In this document: positions 25,741 through 34,831 of the stretch, piece by piece
How the letters are laid out: every line of letters begins with the position of its first letter
Position numbering within the stretch: the first letter of the stretch is position 1
From: Sedimentisphaerales bacterium
Lineage (GTDB): Bacteria; Planctomycetota; Phycisphaerae; Sedimentisphaerales; UBA12454
Length of the DNA stretch: 64,000 nucleotides
NCBI GenBank assembly: GCA_049518795.1
Contig: JBEKRK010000003.1
Location: forward strand, 99,854-163,853
Direction of reading: 5' to 3'
Notes under the pieces: generated by a model
Databases searched by the model: none
What the model saw: the letters and a program-made list of their open reading frames with translations, nothing else
What the model was told of the DNA's origin: nothing
Program-made: the position numbers and the translations under genes

Positions 25741-26790
25741 TTAGTTTAGCTTTGCCCTTAACGTTTCTGCCCTCAGGATATCTCTTTGTTCGGCGTCAAG
25801 GTTTTGGCCTTTGTTTATCTGCAGATGGGCCGGCTGGGTAAGCAGGAACAATTCGTTTATTGTATCGATTGAAATTTCCTTTATTCTGCCCATATTTACG
25901 CCCATTCGCAGGTTGCTCAGAAGGAACATTGCCTCGTGCGAGCTGATTAGTCTTGCACTTTTCAGAACGGCAAGTGCACGTGAAATTTTATCGTCGAGGA
26001 TATTGACGTCTTTTACTAATAATCTGTCGCGGGCGAGTCTTTCGTATTCGACGATTTTCGGGATTATAAGGGTTTGGAAATCTTCAACAGTTTTCTCTTC
26101 GCTTATGCCTAAGGTAACCTGGTTTGAAATCTGGAAGAAGTCGCCGACCGCTTCTGTCCCTTCGCCAAACAGGCCGCGGATAGCGAGGTTCATATCCTTT
26201 GCAGCCTCAAAAAGTTTTTTAAGCTGGTCGGTCAGTTTAAGGCCGGGCAGGTGGAGCATTACTGAAACCCTGATGCCGGTGCCGAGGTTTGTCGGGCAGG
26301 CAGTCAAAAACCCAAGCTTTGGATTAAAAGCATATTCGATTTTTTTGCTGATGGCGTCGTCGATGTCGTTAATTCTCTGCCAGCATTTATCCACATTAAG
26401 ACCCGCCGACAAAACAGCCAGTCTCAGATGGTCTTCTTCGTTTATCTGGGCTGCGAAAAGCTCATTTTGGGCGATTACAACGCCTCTTGGCCCTTTGCCT
26501 GCCGCCAGATGCCTGCTGATAAGCTGTCTTTCGATGAGCAAATCTCTTTCAAGTCCGCTGCCGTGTTCGATATCGATGAAGAATATATCGCCGAGCTGGT
26601 CAAGAGAAAGGATAGCCTCTTTCAGGCTCTGCAGAATCTCCTGTTTTTCTAAATTATCGCAGCGTGAAATAAATTTATGGCCGGCAAGATTACGGGCCAG
26701 TCTTATCCGTGACGATATCACAATATCAGACAGCGGTGCCTCGGAGCTGAACCATTGTGACAGTTTACTGCTTAATTCGTCTAATCTCAT
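25741..26790 (-). CDS. mcsB: Protein arginine kinase McsB (ATP:guanido phosphotransferase family)
   Basis: VISSRIRLARNLAGHKF, NEEDHLR and CPTNLGTGIRVSVMLHLPGL are signature segments of the phosphagen-kinase domain. Confidence 0.9.
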   Translation of the reverse strand: MRLDELSSKLSQWFSSEAPLSDIVISSRIRLARNLAGHKFISRCDNLEKQEILQSLKEAILSLDQLGDIFFIDIEHGSGLERDLLIERQLISRHLAAGKGPRGVVIAQNELFAAQINEEDHLRLAVLSAGLNVDKCWQRINDIDDAISKKIEYAFNPKLGFLTACPTNLGTGIRVSVMLHLPGLKLTDQLKKLFEAAKDMNLAIRGLFGEGTEAVGDFFQISNQVTLGISEEKTVEDFQTLIIPKIVEYERLARDRLLVKDVNILDDKISRALAVLKSARLISSHEAMFLLSNLRMGVNMGRIKEISIDTINELFLLTQPAHLQINKGQNLDAEQRDILRAETLRAKLN

Positions 26791-27323
26791 TGCAGCGCCT
26801 TTAACTGGTCCCGCAATTTCGCGGCAAGCTCATAATCTTCGTCCCGCACTGCCTGCTCAAGCTGCTTTTTTATATCTTCGACCCGATTTTCTTTTTCAGT
26901 TTTTATTTCTTTTACTTCTTTGGATGTCCTGCCGTCGGAAATTTTCTGCGGCACAAAACCCTGTGGAGTTTTGCCTTTATGAATCACTTTGCCGTCCTGT
27001 GCCTTTTCGATAATTGGCAGCAGGCTGTCTTCAAAAATTTCATAATCTTTCGGACAGCCCAGCAGCGCCTGTTTGCGAAACATTTCCATAGTCATACCGC
27101 AAACAGGGCAGCTTTTTTCGGTTATGTCCCGGCCTTGTTCATCTGCCTGCTGATGCGCAGCAATCAGCGAGCCTAAAAGCTCATTAAGTGAAAGCTGATT
27201 CTTTATTGTTATGCCTTCTTTTTGAGCGCAGCTTTGGCACAAATGGCTTTCTGAACGTTGCCCATCGACAATTTCTGTCAGGTGGACCGTTGCCGTCTTG
27301 ATTTTACAAATCTCACAAAGCAT
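26787..27323 (-). CDS. mcsA: McsA-like activator (zinc-finger + UVR motif protein)
   Basis: It has MLCEICKIKTATVHL...HLCQSCA and a second CPVCG...GCP pair. The C-terminal UVR-like helix is DEDYELAAKLRDQLKAL. It overlaps mcsB by 4 nt. Confidence 0.8.
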   Translation of the reverse strand: MLCEICKIKTATVHLTEIVDGQRSESHLCQSCAQKEGITIKNQLSLNELLGSLIAAHQQADEQGRDITEKSCPVCGMTMEMFRKQALLGCPKDYEIFEDSLLPIIEKAQDGKVIHKGKTPQGFVPQKISDGRTSKEVKEIKTEKENRVEDIKKQLEQAVRDEDYELAAKLRDQLKALQ

Positions 27324-27400
27324 AAGTCTTTATTTATCAATAGGTTATAATAAACTGTTTTCAGTCTGTCCTTTATTATATCGGCTATAAAATAAGTGGG

Positions 27401-27775
27401 CTAAACCGCCGGTTTTTCATCATATTTTGCCCGGCAGCCCGGCGTTTCTGTTACTTCTACGTATAGCAGGCTGATTCGTTTAGGCAATAGGGTTTTTACT
27501 CTATCATATATATATTTGGCGACATTCTCGGCTGAAGTATTTGTCCCTTCGAAGCATTTTAAATCTTCAAGTTTTCGACCGTCAAATTTGCAGACTATAT
27601 TTTCCAAAATCTTTTTTAATTTATTAAAGTCGAAAAGCAATCCATTTTCATCGAGACCTTGTCCGCTGACAGCGGCTTCAACTATCCAGTCGTGGATATG
27701 ATAGGGTTCGGTGATTGAAGCGGCTGTGATTTGATGTCCCGCTCGAAAATTTGTTGTTACGGTTATTCTATACAA
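27401..27775 (-). CDS. queD: 6-carboxy-5,6,7,8-tetrahydropterin synthase
   Basis: FRAGHQI...HIHDW matches the PTPS/QueD His pattern. Length is 124 aa. Confidence 0.85.
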   Translation of the reverse strand: MYRITVTTNFRAGHQITAASITEPYHIHDWIVEAAVSGQGLDENGLLFDFNKLKKILENIVCKFDGRKLEDLKCFEGTNTSAENVAKYIYDRVKTLLPKRISLLYVEVTETPGCRAKYDEKPAV

Positions 27776-28287
27776 TTATCTCGTTCCTGTTTTATGCCTA
27801 TTTCTGTAAGACGCTTTTGAAGTTTTTCATAAACCTCCTGTGGTATCAGATTTGATATGTTCCCTCCAAGTCTGGCAATTTCTCTAATCATCGTTGAGCT
27901 TGTGAAGCCGTATTGTTCGCTGGTCATAACGAAAACCGTCTCGATGCCCGCGACCGCGCGGTTGGTCATAGCAAGTTGGAATTCGTATTGAACGTCTGTC
28001 AGGTTTCGCAGGCCTCGCAGCATTGCTGTTGCTCCGACACTTGCCGCATATTCGACAGTCAGGCAGTCATAACTTTGAACGCTCACGCCCGGTATATCCG
28101 CAACCAGCGGCTTTATCATTTCGACTCGCTCATCGAGAGTAAAAAGCTGGTCTTTCAATGGACTTTTGCCGACGGCCACAATCAGCTCGTCGAAAAGTTT
28201 TATACCGCGATTGATTACGTCAAGATGGCCGTTGGTTATCGGGTCGAATGAGCCGGGAAAAACCGCTCGGACGAATTTCTTTGCCAT
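27763..28287 (-). CDS. coaD: Phosphopantetheine adenylyltransferase
   Basis: AVFPGSFDPITNGHLDVINRG is the canonical CoaD N-terminus. Confidence 0.95.
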   Translation of the reverse strand: MAKKFVRAVFPGSFDPITNGHLDVINRGIKLFDELIVAVGKSPLKDQLFTLDERVEMIKPLVADIPGVSVQSYDCLTVEYAASVGATAMLRGLRNLTDVQYEFQLAMTNRAVAGIETVFVMTSEQYGFTSSTMIREIARLGGNISNLIPQEVYEKLQKRLTEIGIKQERDNCIE

Positions 28288-28340
28288 ACTTTGCCTTTCA
28301 GTTAGATTTATTAGAGATTATAACCGAAACAAACCCTGCG

Positions 28341-29057
28341 TCAATTATTGGCTTCGCCGCAACGGCAGAGCGCGATTATCTTATCGTAGTTTAACAGTCG
28401 CCGCCGCGGCGACGAATCTTTAATTTTTGTTTCACACCGCTTTATTACTTTCCCGACAAGTTTAAGTGCCTCTTTGGCACTTGCTGCGGAAACAAACAAA
28501 CCATGCTTTTCTAAAAATAATATTTGCGGCAGTCGCCGGTATTTTTTTCGATATCCAATAGTCAATTTTGCAATTTTTTTCGCAAGCGCATATCCCGGAT
28601 TTGCGTAAGGAACCCACAAAGGCGCCGGCCTTTCTCTGGCAAATAATTTTTTTAATTCAGCTTTTCCGTTTTTAGTGATTAAAAATGCGCAAACCATAAT
28701 CGGATGAAGATGAATAACGTATTTGTCAAGAAAGGCGTGCAGGTTGCTTTCTATGGAAGGTTGATTTTTCTTGTCTTCACAGGCTGCGATTAATCGCTCG
28801 GCAATTTCTATTTCTCTTTTTTTCGGCGACAGTTTGGCAATTTTTTTATCGCCGATTTTTCGAACTTTTTGCAGACTTACTTTACACCAGCCTCTTTTTG
28901 TGTTCATATCTTTCAGGGCTGTTCCGCTTGTTTTTACGAACATAAATTTGCCGTTTTGTGTTTTTACGCTCGTATTTCCGCTGCTGCCCTGTGTCAAACA
29001 GTGGTCTTTACCCACCTTGCGGCTGATATAAATAAGTTCTGCAAGTGATTTATTCAT
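28341..29057 (-). CDS. Class II aldolase/adducin-domain protein (rhamnulose/fuculose-phosphate aldolase-like, stand-alone)
   Basis: TQGSSGNTSVKT...FMFVKTSGTALKDM resembles the N-terminal aldolase domain of bifunctional aldolase/SDR proteins. Confidence 0.55.
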   Translation of the reverse strand: MNKSLAELIYISRKVGKDHCLTQGSSGNTSVKTQNGKFMFVKTSGTALKDMNTKRGWCKVSLQKVRKIGDKKIAKLSPKKREIEIAERLIAACEDKKNQPSIESNLHAFLDKYVIHLHPIMVCAFLITKNGKAELKKLFARERPAPLWVPYANPGYALAKKIAKLTIGYRKKYRRLPQILFLEKHGLFVSAASAKEALKLVGKVIKRCETKIKDSSPRRRLLNYDKIIALCRCGEANN

Positions 29058-29173
29058 CCCGCACTTTCTTTTTATTCCATTTTTTTTAAATCTATCTTAA
29101 TTATACACCCTTTCGATTCTTAAAAAAATATATAAGATTCACTTGATATTTTAGAAGGTACGGGATTTACTTT

Positions 29174-29226
29174 ATGTTCTTTATTCGATGTTCAATGTTC
29201 GACTGTTCGATATTGGATGTTCAATT
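29174..29226. repeat. TGTTCRA stutter array
   Basis: The sequence is atgttctttattcgatgttcaatgttcgactgttcgatattggatgttcaatt. Confidence 0.7.
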
Positions 29227-29284
29227 AAATTTTTTTATGATAAATTTTTTCTCTGCATTCTCGGCATTCTCTGTGGTGAACGTC

Positions 29285-30967
29285 CTAACCTCCGATAATA
29301 CTCACTAACGGTTTTGGCCTGTCAACGCCCTCGATAAATGCCGGTCTTTTCGCCCACGGCGTCAAACCCACAACACCGGTAATATCCATCCAGTGTTCCA
29401 ATCGCGCCGCCGGCAGATTCCATATCATATGCAGATGGTTCGCCGGCGCGTATTGTTTATACTCGACCATACTCGCGTATTTCGGCACAACAAAAGTATG
29501 CGGCCAGGTTGCATCTGTAAGATTGCACATAGTTTTTTCAAGTTTCGCCGGCACTGCGACCGTTTCCGCTTCGTCCCAGATGAAGCTGAATTTATTATTT
29601 TTTGAGCAGTAAGCCATTCGTCCTGCGATGCCTTCGATGCCTGCTGGCGTCATAAATGTTATTGAATTTCCGCCGCCGGGGAAATAATCTTCGTTTGCCA
29701 ACGGCATAGAAATTCCAGCCATAATTTTCTTTATATCCGTCCCCGGCTTTGCCGCCCAATTGAACGATGCGCTGCCGCTGTTATTACCATCGACCAATCC
29801 CTTTTTAAGCCATATTGCGCCTTTCGGCAGGTTTCTTAACCCGATTTTCGCTGCCAGAGTCTTAATTTCCCACGCCTCCCATATTTTTCTTAAGTCCATA
29901 AACAGCGGGGGGTTACCGCCGCTCAGCCACGTCATAAAAAGCATTGTTAAAAGAGCTTGGCTATCTGCTTCCGTAGCGTAAGGTATAGCTTCTTTTGGCC
30001 CGTTATGGTCGAAAGTGCTATTGAAAAGCGATTCCATTACATCTGCGACCGGCAGGGGGATTCCTCGTTTATCGCTGCCCCATTCTAATTGGCTCATAAA
30101 TCCGCCGCCGACAGCGTTCAGTTCTGCCATTAAATCGCGGACTATCAAATACATAGCAAGTGATTGATTGAAACGCCTGTCGTCATCATCATTTCTCAGT
30201 TCAAGTCTTTTACCGATATGTTTATTAATCCAGTGCCGAAGTGTTTGCAGTTCAGCTTTGTTATAAGCGCCTTTTTTGAGCATATCAGCCAGCAGTTTCA
30301 TATCTAATCTTGTAATTTCAATACCGAATGTCCTTCTCGTCGGTATAATATGCACCAGTGCCGTTTCCATTCCCATCGAATCATGCCCGAACAATACAAT
30401 TCTTCTGCCGGCAAGGGCGACAGAAGTTACAGCGGCATAACACCAGTCGATTAAATTCTTTGCCGTCGCCGCACTCATTTTTGGATTAAGACCCGTATCA
30501 GCCCAGTTACCGACATTCAAAGCCGCTAATCTTCCATATTGGGCCAGCGCTCCGCTTAATGCGTGAGCGTAAACAACGCCCGGCTTTGACCCGCTGTTGC
30601 CGCAGGTGATATTTATTGGCGTTTGAACAGGAAATTGCTGCAATAATGAAATGGCCGTAAGCTGCGGAAATGCCCATGTATCAGGCGCGCAAATAAGGAT
30701 ATTAACACCTGCTTTCCTGAACTGCGCCGCTACAATATCGGCCTGCGTTTCACTGTCCACAAGCACCTGTGAATAAACGACTTGCACAGACTGGCCGTTT
30801 GGCAAAACTACCGCTCCGCTTAAACAATCGGCAACCATAGCGATAATGTTTTGTGCCCGTTTTCTGCTCACCGCGTCGATTCGCGGGTCGCAGGGAGCAA
30901 ATACGCCGATCACAGCACTTCTCGGCTCGGCTTTTTTAATGTCCTCAAGACAAATAGCTTTTTTCAT
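29285..30967 (-). CDS. L-fucose isomerase family protein
   Basis: At 560 aa it is collinear by eye with FucI. Matching segments include FMSQLEWGSD..., STFDHNGPKEAIPYATEADSQALLTM and TWPHTFVVPKY. Confidence 0.65.
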   Translation of the reverse strand: MKKAICLEDIKKAEPRSAVIGVFAPCDPRIDAVSRKRAQNIIAMVADCLSGAVVLPNGQSVQVVYSQVLVDSETQADIVAAQFRKAGVNILICAPDTWAFPQLTAISLLQQFPVQTPINITCGNSGSKPGVVYAHALSGALAQYGRLAALNVGNWADTGLNPKMSAATAKNLIDWCYAAVTSVALAGRRIVLFGHDSMGMETALVHIIPTRRTFGIEITRLDMKLLADMLKKGAYNKAELQTLRHWINKHIGKRLELRNDDDDRRFNQSLAMYLIVRDLMAELNAVGGGFMSQLEWGSDKRGIPLPVADVMESLFNSTFDHNGPKEAIPYATEADSQALLTMLFMTWLSGGNPPLFMDLRKIWEAWEIKTLAAKIGLRNLPKGAIWLKKGLVDGNNSGSASFNWAAKPGTDIKKIMAGISMPLANEDYFPGGGNSITFMTPAGIEGIAGRMAYCSKNNKFSFIWDEAETVAVPAKLEKTMCNLTDATWPHTFVVPKYASMVEYKQYAPANHLHMIWNLPAARLEHWMDITGVVGLTPWAKRPAFIEGVDRPKPLVSIIGG

Positions 30968-31110
30968 TTTAATTCCCTCCGGCTAAATTTAATTAAAGAG
31001 TTGATATAAGTTATGCCTGAAAAACTGTTTTTGCAAGAAAAATGACCTTGTTTAAACTCTCATTGGGATATTTAAAAATTGGTATGGGTGTCAGTATCGG
31101 TAAGGGTTCC

Positions 31111-31139
31111 GTCTTCGCACATTCGTGCTGCGAACAGAC
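31111..31139. repeat. Family R hairpin (shared 17-mer cttcgcacattcgtgct)
   Basis: The same 17-mer occurs at 31113-31129 and 49696-49712, each closed by a different outer stem (gtc..gac versus tccacc..ggtgga). Confidence 0.65.
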
Positions 31140-31183
31140 AAGTCGCCGCGACGCTGCGCGAAGGCAAAAGGAAAACCCCACAC

Positions 31184-31642
31184 CTATTTTCCAATTCTGA
31201 TTTGGGCGGGGGATTCGAGGACAATTTCCGGGCGGCCTTGATAGGCAGTTATAAAGCCGGTGATTTCCACGTTCTTTCCTGTGAACTGGTTCGGATTGGG
31301 GAATTTAGAAGCGTTTGAACCGAAAATTACAGCGCCAAACGGACAAGTTCTATAATCGGGGCAGAAATTTAAAAATATAGTGCCTGTTCGAGAAGTATAA
31401 GTATGGTCCACTATCCCTGTTACACAAGCGTATTTGCCGGTATAATTCGGCGCTTCAGTGAAACTTATGCGCAAGGAAGCCGGCTGCACCGGCTGGGCTG
31501 GTTTAGATGATTGTTCTCTTTCGGGGGCAGCGGGCACAGCGGCAGAAGGCGGTTTGCGGGAGAGCCAGATTGAGGCGGCAATTATTAACGCTGCAGCGAT
31601 AATGGTTATGGATGTTTTGTTTTTCTCAAGTAAATCTTTCAT
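31184..31642 (-). CDS. Membrane-anchored protein with putative OB-fold domain
   Basis: It has an N-terminal TM anchor and a Pro/Ala linker. The C-terminal segment YACVTGIVDHTYTSRTGTIFLNF...VEITGFITAYQGRPEIVL resembles OB folds found on nucleases and ComEC. Confidence 0.4.
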   Translation of the reverse strand: MKDLLEKNKTSITIIAAALIIAASIWLSRKPPSAAVPAAPEREQSSKPAQPVQPASLRISFTEAPNYTGKYACVTGIVDHTYTSRTGTIFLNFCPDYRTCPFGAVIFGSNASKFPNPNQFTGKNVEITGFITAYQGRPEIVLESPAQIRIGK

Positions 31643-31753
31643 AAAATTCTCCTTTTCTTATATGTAAGGAAATTATATGCCGGAAACGGGGCGGAAAACA
31701 ATTAAAAAATAGGGTATAGAGTTTAGGGAATAGATTATCAGCGGCGTAGCTTG

Positions 31754-31809
31754 CCCCGTTAGATGCGCAAGTTAGCTACTTGGAAATGCTGTTGGCTATC
31801 TAACTGGGG
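31754..31809. repeat. Family P hairpin repeat (long-loop variant); half copy at 31816-31838
   Basis: The sequence is ccccgttagatg...ctatctaactgggg. The G-to-T change in the left arm is matched by a C-to-A change in the right arm. Confidence 0.65.
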
Positions 31810-32049
31810 TGTTTTCCCAGAAGACTATCTCATCGGGGTGTTTTGTTTCAACAAAGGCTGATTTTCAGCCTGTGGACAAAGCAAAACGGCTGGCACAGAA
31901 ATCGCAATTTCGAGCATAGCCTTTGCTTTGAACACAAATTCCCGATTTATCGGGATTGTTGAAACAAACAGTGTTAATCCGTGTCTAAAAATAATCAATG
32001 AAATCAGCGCAATCTGCGATAAAACTTTGTGCCTTCGTGTCGAGGTTTA

Positions 32050-32092
32050 CCCCGTGAGATGTCCGCCCGCAGGCGAGACTATCTCATCGGGG
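32050..32092. repeat. Family P hairpin repeat
   Basis: The sequence is ccccgtgagatgtc-cgcccgcaggc-gagactatctcatcgggg. Confidence 0.75.
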
Positions 32093-32373
32093 TGGCTATT
32101 TTTCAAGCTGGACAAGCTGGGGGTTCAATGTCCAATATTGGTCGAAAGCGCGCAGGAAAAAACTTGCGCGCTTGAAAAAAATAATAAAATTTTTCTCCTT
32201 ATCCCGCAACGACTTACAAAATCGCATTGGTCGATTTTTGGTCGAAATTCGGCCAAAACGCGCAAGTTTTCGCCTATATATGGAGGGACATATATATTGA
32301 AAATTGAATATTTAAGATTGAAAATTTCGAGAATTATTACTGATAACCGATAACTGATAACGGAAAAATTACT

Positions 32374-32982
32374 GTGACAAAATTTTACTTACCAATTCCA
32401 ATCCCGAAAATTATCGAAACCATCTTCGTTTATTTCCTTCTGCGATACAGGAAGAAAACCCACGGCTATCCGTTCCGCAAAATTAAACTCACAAAAGGTA
32501 AGTTCGCAAAAGTTGACCCGGAAGATTATCACAAATTAGCCCAATACGATTGGCACCTTGAAGAAAGCAAAAACAGAAAAAATTGCTATGCTGTCCAATA
32601 CGAAGACAGCAGATACGTGAAAATGCACAGAGTTATTATGAACGCTCCTGCCGGCAAAATCGTTGACCATATAAACGGCGATGGCCTCGATAATACTAAA
32701 CGCAATTTGCGAATCGCTACCTATGCTCAAAACTCTTATAATAAAAGACTAAAAAAGAAAGGCACCTCAAAATACAAAGGTGTATATTTTTATAAACAAA
32801 CGAATAAATGGGCATCGCATATAAATTATAATAATAAGAGATTACATTTAGGTTATTTTGATAACGAACAAGACGCCGCAAGGGCTTACGACAATGCCGC
32901 GAAAATTTATCACGGCGACTTTGCAGTGCTTAATTTTCCCGATGACTCGCAAATCCAAAACTATTTAGCCCCTCGGCCTTAA
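32374..32982 (+). CDS. HNH endonuclease + AP2 DNA-binding domain protein (homing-endonuclease-like)
   Basis: MHRVIMNAPAGKIVDHINGDGLDNTKRNLR is the HNH_3 pattern. YKGVYFYKQTNKWASHINYNNKRLHLGYFDNEQDAARAYDNAAKIYHGDFAVLNF is AP2. It has a GTG start and a hydrophobic N-terminus. Confidence 0.7.
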   Translation: MTKFYLPIPIPKIIETIFVYFLLRYRKKTHGYPFRKIKLTKGKFAKVDPEDYHKLAQYDWHLEESKNRKNCYAVQYEDSRYVKMHRVIMNAPAGKIVDHINGDGLDNTKRNLRIATYAQNSYNKRLKKKGTSKYKGVYFYKQTNKWASHINYNNKRLHLGYFDNEQDAARAYDNAAKIYHGDFAVLNFPDDSQIQNYLAPRP

Positions 32983-33279
32983 TCCGACGAAGCTTTAGCG
33001 AAGGCGGATGCCGAGAGGTTCGTTTATTGTGCGGGGTTCGTCAAAATCCTAAAGCCCCCAAGCTTGTCCGCCTTCGGCGGATTTATATTGGGGGTTCTCT
33101 CCACTAAAAGACCGCCTTATAAGAATATCGGTTTTTTCGGAGAAAATTGGTTGAGTTTGAAAAGAAGTTTCCTTCGACCCTGCTCAGGATGAACCATTGA
33201 CAAAGAGATAAGAATGGTAGAAAATGGGGGAAATTTATCTGGAAAAAATCGCAAAAACGTTAAGAATTAATAAAGAACA

Positions 33280-34188
33280 ATGATAGCAACCAGAGAAAAG
33301 CAGATTATAGCTAAACCATTTCTCAAATGGGCTGGAGGGAAAACACAGCTTCTTGATGAAATTGAAAAACGCTTACCTAATGGTCTTTCGACAGGAGAGA
33401 TTACAACTTATATTGAACCTTTTGTTGGCGGAGGAGCTGCATTTTTTTATATTGCACAAAATTACACAAAAATAAAAAAGTTTTATCTTTACGACATTAA
33501 TAACGACCTTGTTAATTGTTATAAGACGGTTCAAACGGATGTTAACTCTCTTATCAAGTCTCTTGGGAAACTAGAAGCGGAATTTTTGCCATTAAATCAC
33601 AATGATAGAAAAAAGTTTTATTTGAAAATCCGCAAAGAATTTAATCAGGATAAATGCGAAAATCATAATCCTGAAACTATGGCTAAATTGATCTTTTTAA
33701 ATAAAACCTGTTTCAATGGGCTTTACAGGGTAAACAGCAAAAACGAGTTTAACGTTCCTTTCGGTGATTATAAAAATCCTAAAATTTGTGACGGAAAGAA
33801 TTTGTTGGCCGTTTCGGAAGTCCTGCAAAAGGCCGAAATAATTTGCGGAGATTTTACAAAAAGCAGGAAAAATATAAGTAAAAATTCTTTTATTTATTTA
33901 GACCCGCCATACAGACCACTGAATGGCACGGCGAGTTTTACCGCATATTCGAAGGACAGCTTTTCTGAAGAAGACCAGATTAGACTGGCAGAATTTTGCA
34001 AAGAAATTAAACAAATTGGAGCAAAATTTCTTTTAAGCAATTCCGATCCTAAAAATGAAAATCCAGAAGACCATTTCTTTGAAGACAATTTCAGAGGCTT
34101 CGATATTCAAAAAGTAAAGGCAAGTAGAGTTATTAACTGCAAGGCAGTTGGGCGAGGTCAAATTAGTGAACTTCTAATTACGAATTGA
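33280..34188 (+). CDS. Dam-type N6-adenine DNA methyltransferase (probable GATC)
   Basis: It has PFLKWAGGKTQLL, EPFVGGGA and the catalytic YLDPPYRP. The region is AT-rich. Confidence 0.9.
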   Translation: MIATREKQIIAKPFLKWAGGKTQLLDEIEKRLPNGLSTGEITTYIEPFVGGGAAFFYIAQNYTKIKKFYLYDINNDLVNCYKTVQTDVNSLIKSLGKLEAEFLPLNHNDRKKFYLKIRKEFNQDKCENHNPETMAKLIFLNKTCFNGLYRVNSKNEFNVPFGDYKNPKICDGKNLLAVSEVLQKAEIICGDFTKSRKNISKNSFIYLDPPYRPLNGTASFTAYSKDSFSEEDQIRLAEFCKEIKQIGAKFLLSNSDPKNENPEDHFFEDNFRGFDIQKVKASRVINCKAVGRGQISELLITN

Positions 34189-34207
34189 ACGGAGTGTTTT
34201 TGTAAGC

Positions 34208-34831
34208 ATGAAAAGACAGGAAGCAGTCAAGAGGATTCAAAAACTTATTGGGCAAGACTTGCGAAAGTTGGCAGATACATACGAAGTTACGGTTTTTCGC
34301 AATGGCAAAAAAAATAAAGGATGGGCGGGTCATGTAATAGAGAGATGTTTAGGGTTGCCGATCAATTCCTCACAATCACCCAATTTTGGGTCTTGGGAAC
34401 TAAAAACTATTCCACTAAAATACTTAAAAAATGGAGAACTAACAGTAAAAGAAACAATGGCAATCACGATGATTGACCCATACAACGTAGAGCATACTGA
34501 ATTTGAAAACAGTCATTTGTTGGCGAAACTAAAAAAGGCTGTTGTTGCGGCTCGTATCTGGATTAGTCAGAAAGAAGAAAGTTCTGTTTTATATAAAGTA
34601 ACAACATTTGATTTGGACAACAGAGAGCTCTATGAACAGATAAAAGAGGATTATAATACTGTTCGTGATGCAATAATAAATAAAGGATTTAAGTCTTTGA
34701 CCGGTAAAATGGGAGTATATGTTCAACCTCGGACAAAGGGAGCAGGTCATGGAAGCACATCTCGGGCGTTTTATGCTAGGACCGGTTTCCTTAAAAAATT
34801 TATATTTCCAGAGTTTCACATATCCAAATGA
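34208..34831 (+). CDS. MutH/Sau3AI-family restriction endonuclease (probable GATC)
   Basis: KGWAGHVIERCLGLPINSSQSPNFGSWELKTIPLK aligns by eye with E. coli MutH [36 protein letters not shown]. The C-terminal YVQPRTKGAG...FYARTGFLKKF aligns with MutH YLQIRPKAAN...FYLKKNF. Confidence 0.8.
   Translation: MKRQEAVKRIQKLIGQDLRKLADTYEVTVFRNGKKNKGWAGHVIERCLGLPINSSQSPNFGSWELKTIPLKYLKNGELTVKETMAITMIDPYNVEHTEFENSHLLAKLKKAVVAARIWISQKEESSVLYKVTTFDLDNRELYEQIKEDYNTVRDAIINKGFKSLTGKMGVYVQPRTKGAGHGSTSRAFYARTGFLKKFIFPEFHISK

Noticed and set aside
25811-27013. A 400-aa ORF on the plus strand.
   Set aside because: It lies entirely antisense to the clearly recognisable mcsB and mcsA genes. Its translation is low-complexity (S/L/R/F-rich) with no motifs. 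It is a shadow ORF.
31928-32353. A 141-aa ORF in the long spacer.
   Set aside because: It runs straight through several intergenic repeat families (AATC words, family A, family P, family D). It has no RBS and no recognisable domain.
31643-32373. A search for tRNA, tmRNA, RNase P, SRP RNA or riboswitch signatures in the long non-coding stretches (also 49254-49964 and 12227-12538).
   Set aside because: I found no cloverleaf with a GGTTCGAATCC-like T-arm, no GGGG...TCCACCA tmRNA ends and no conserved RNase P or SRP core motifs by eye. This is not decisive without tRNAscan-SE/Infernal.
33150-33166. The exact 17-mer gttgagtttgaaaagaa shared between the regions upstream of the R-M cassette (33150) and of the OLD/UvrD/HNH module (37952).
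   Set aside because: An A/T-rich 17-mer matching once in 64 kb is only marginally beyond chance, and the flanks do not align. At 37952 it overlaps a plausible TTGAGT-16-TAGAAT promoter, but the 33150 copy lacks a -10 box.
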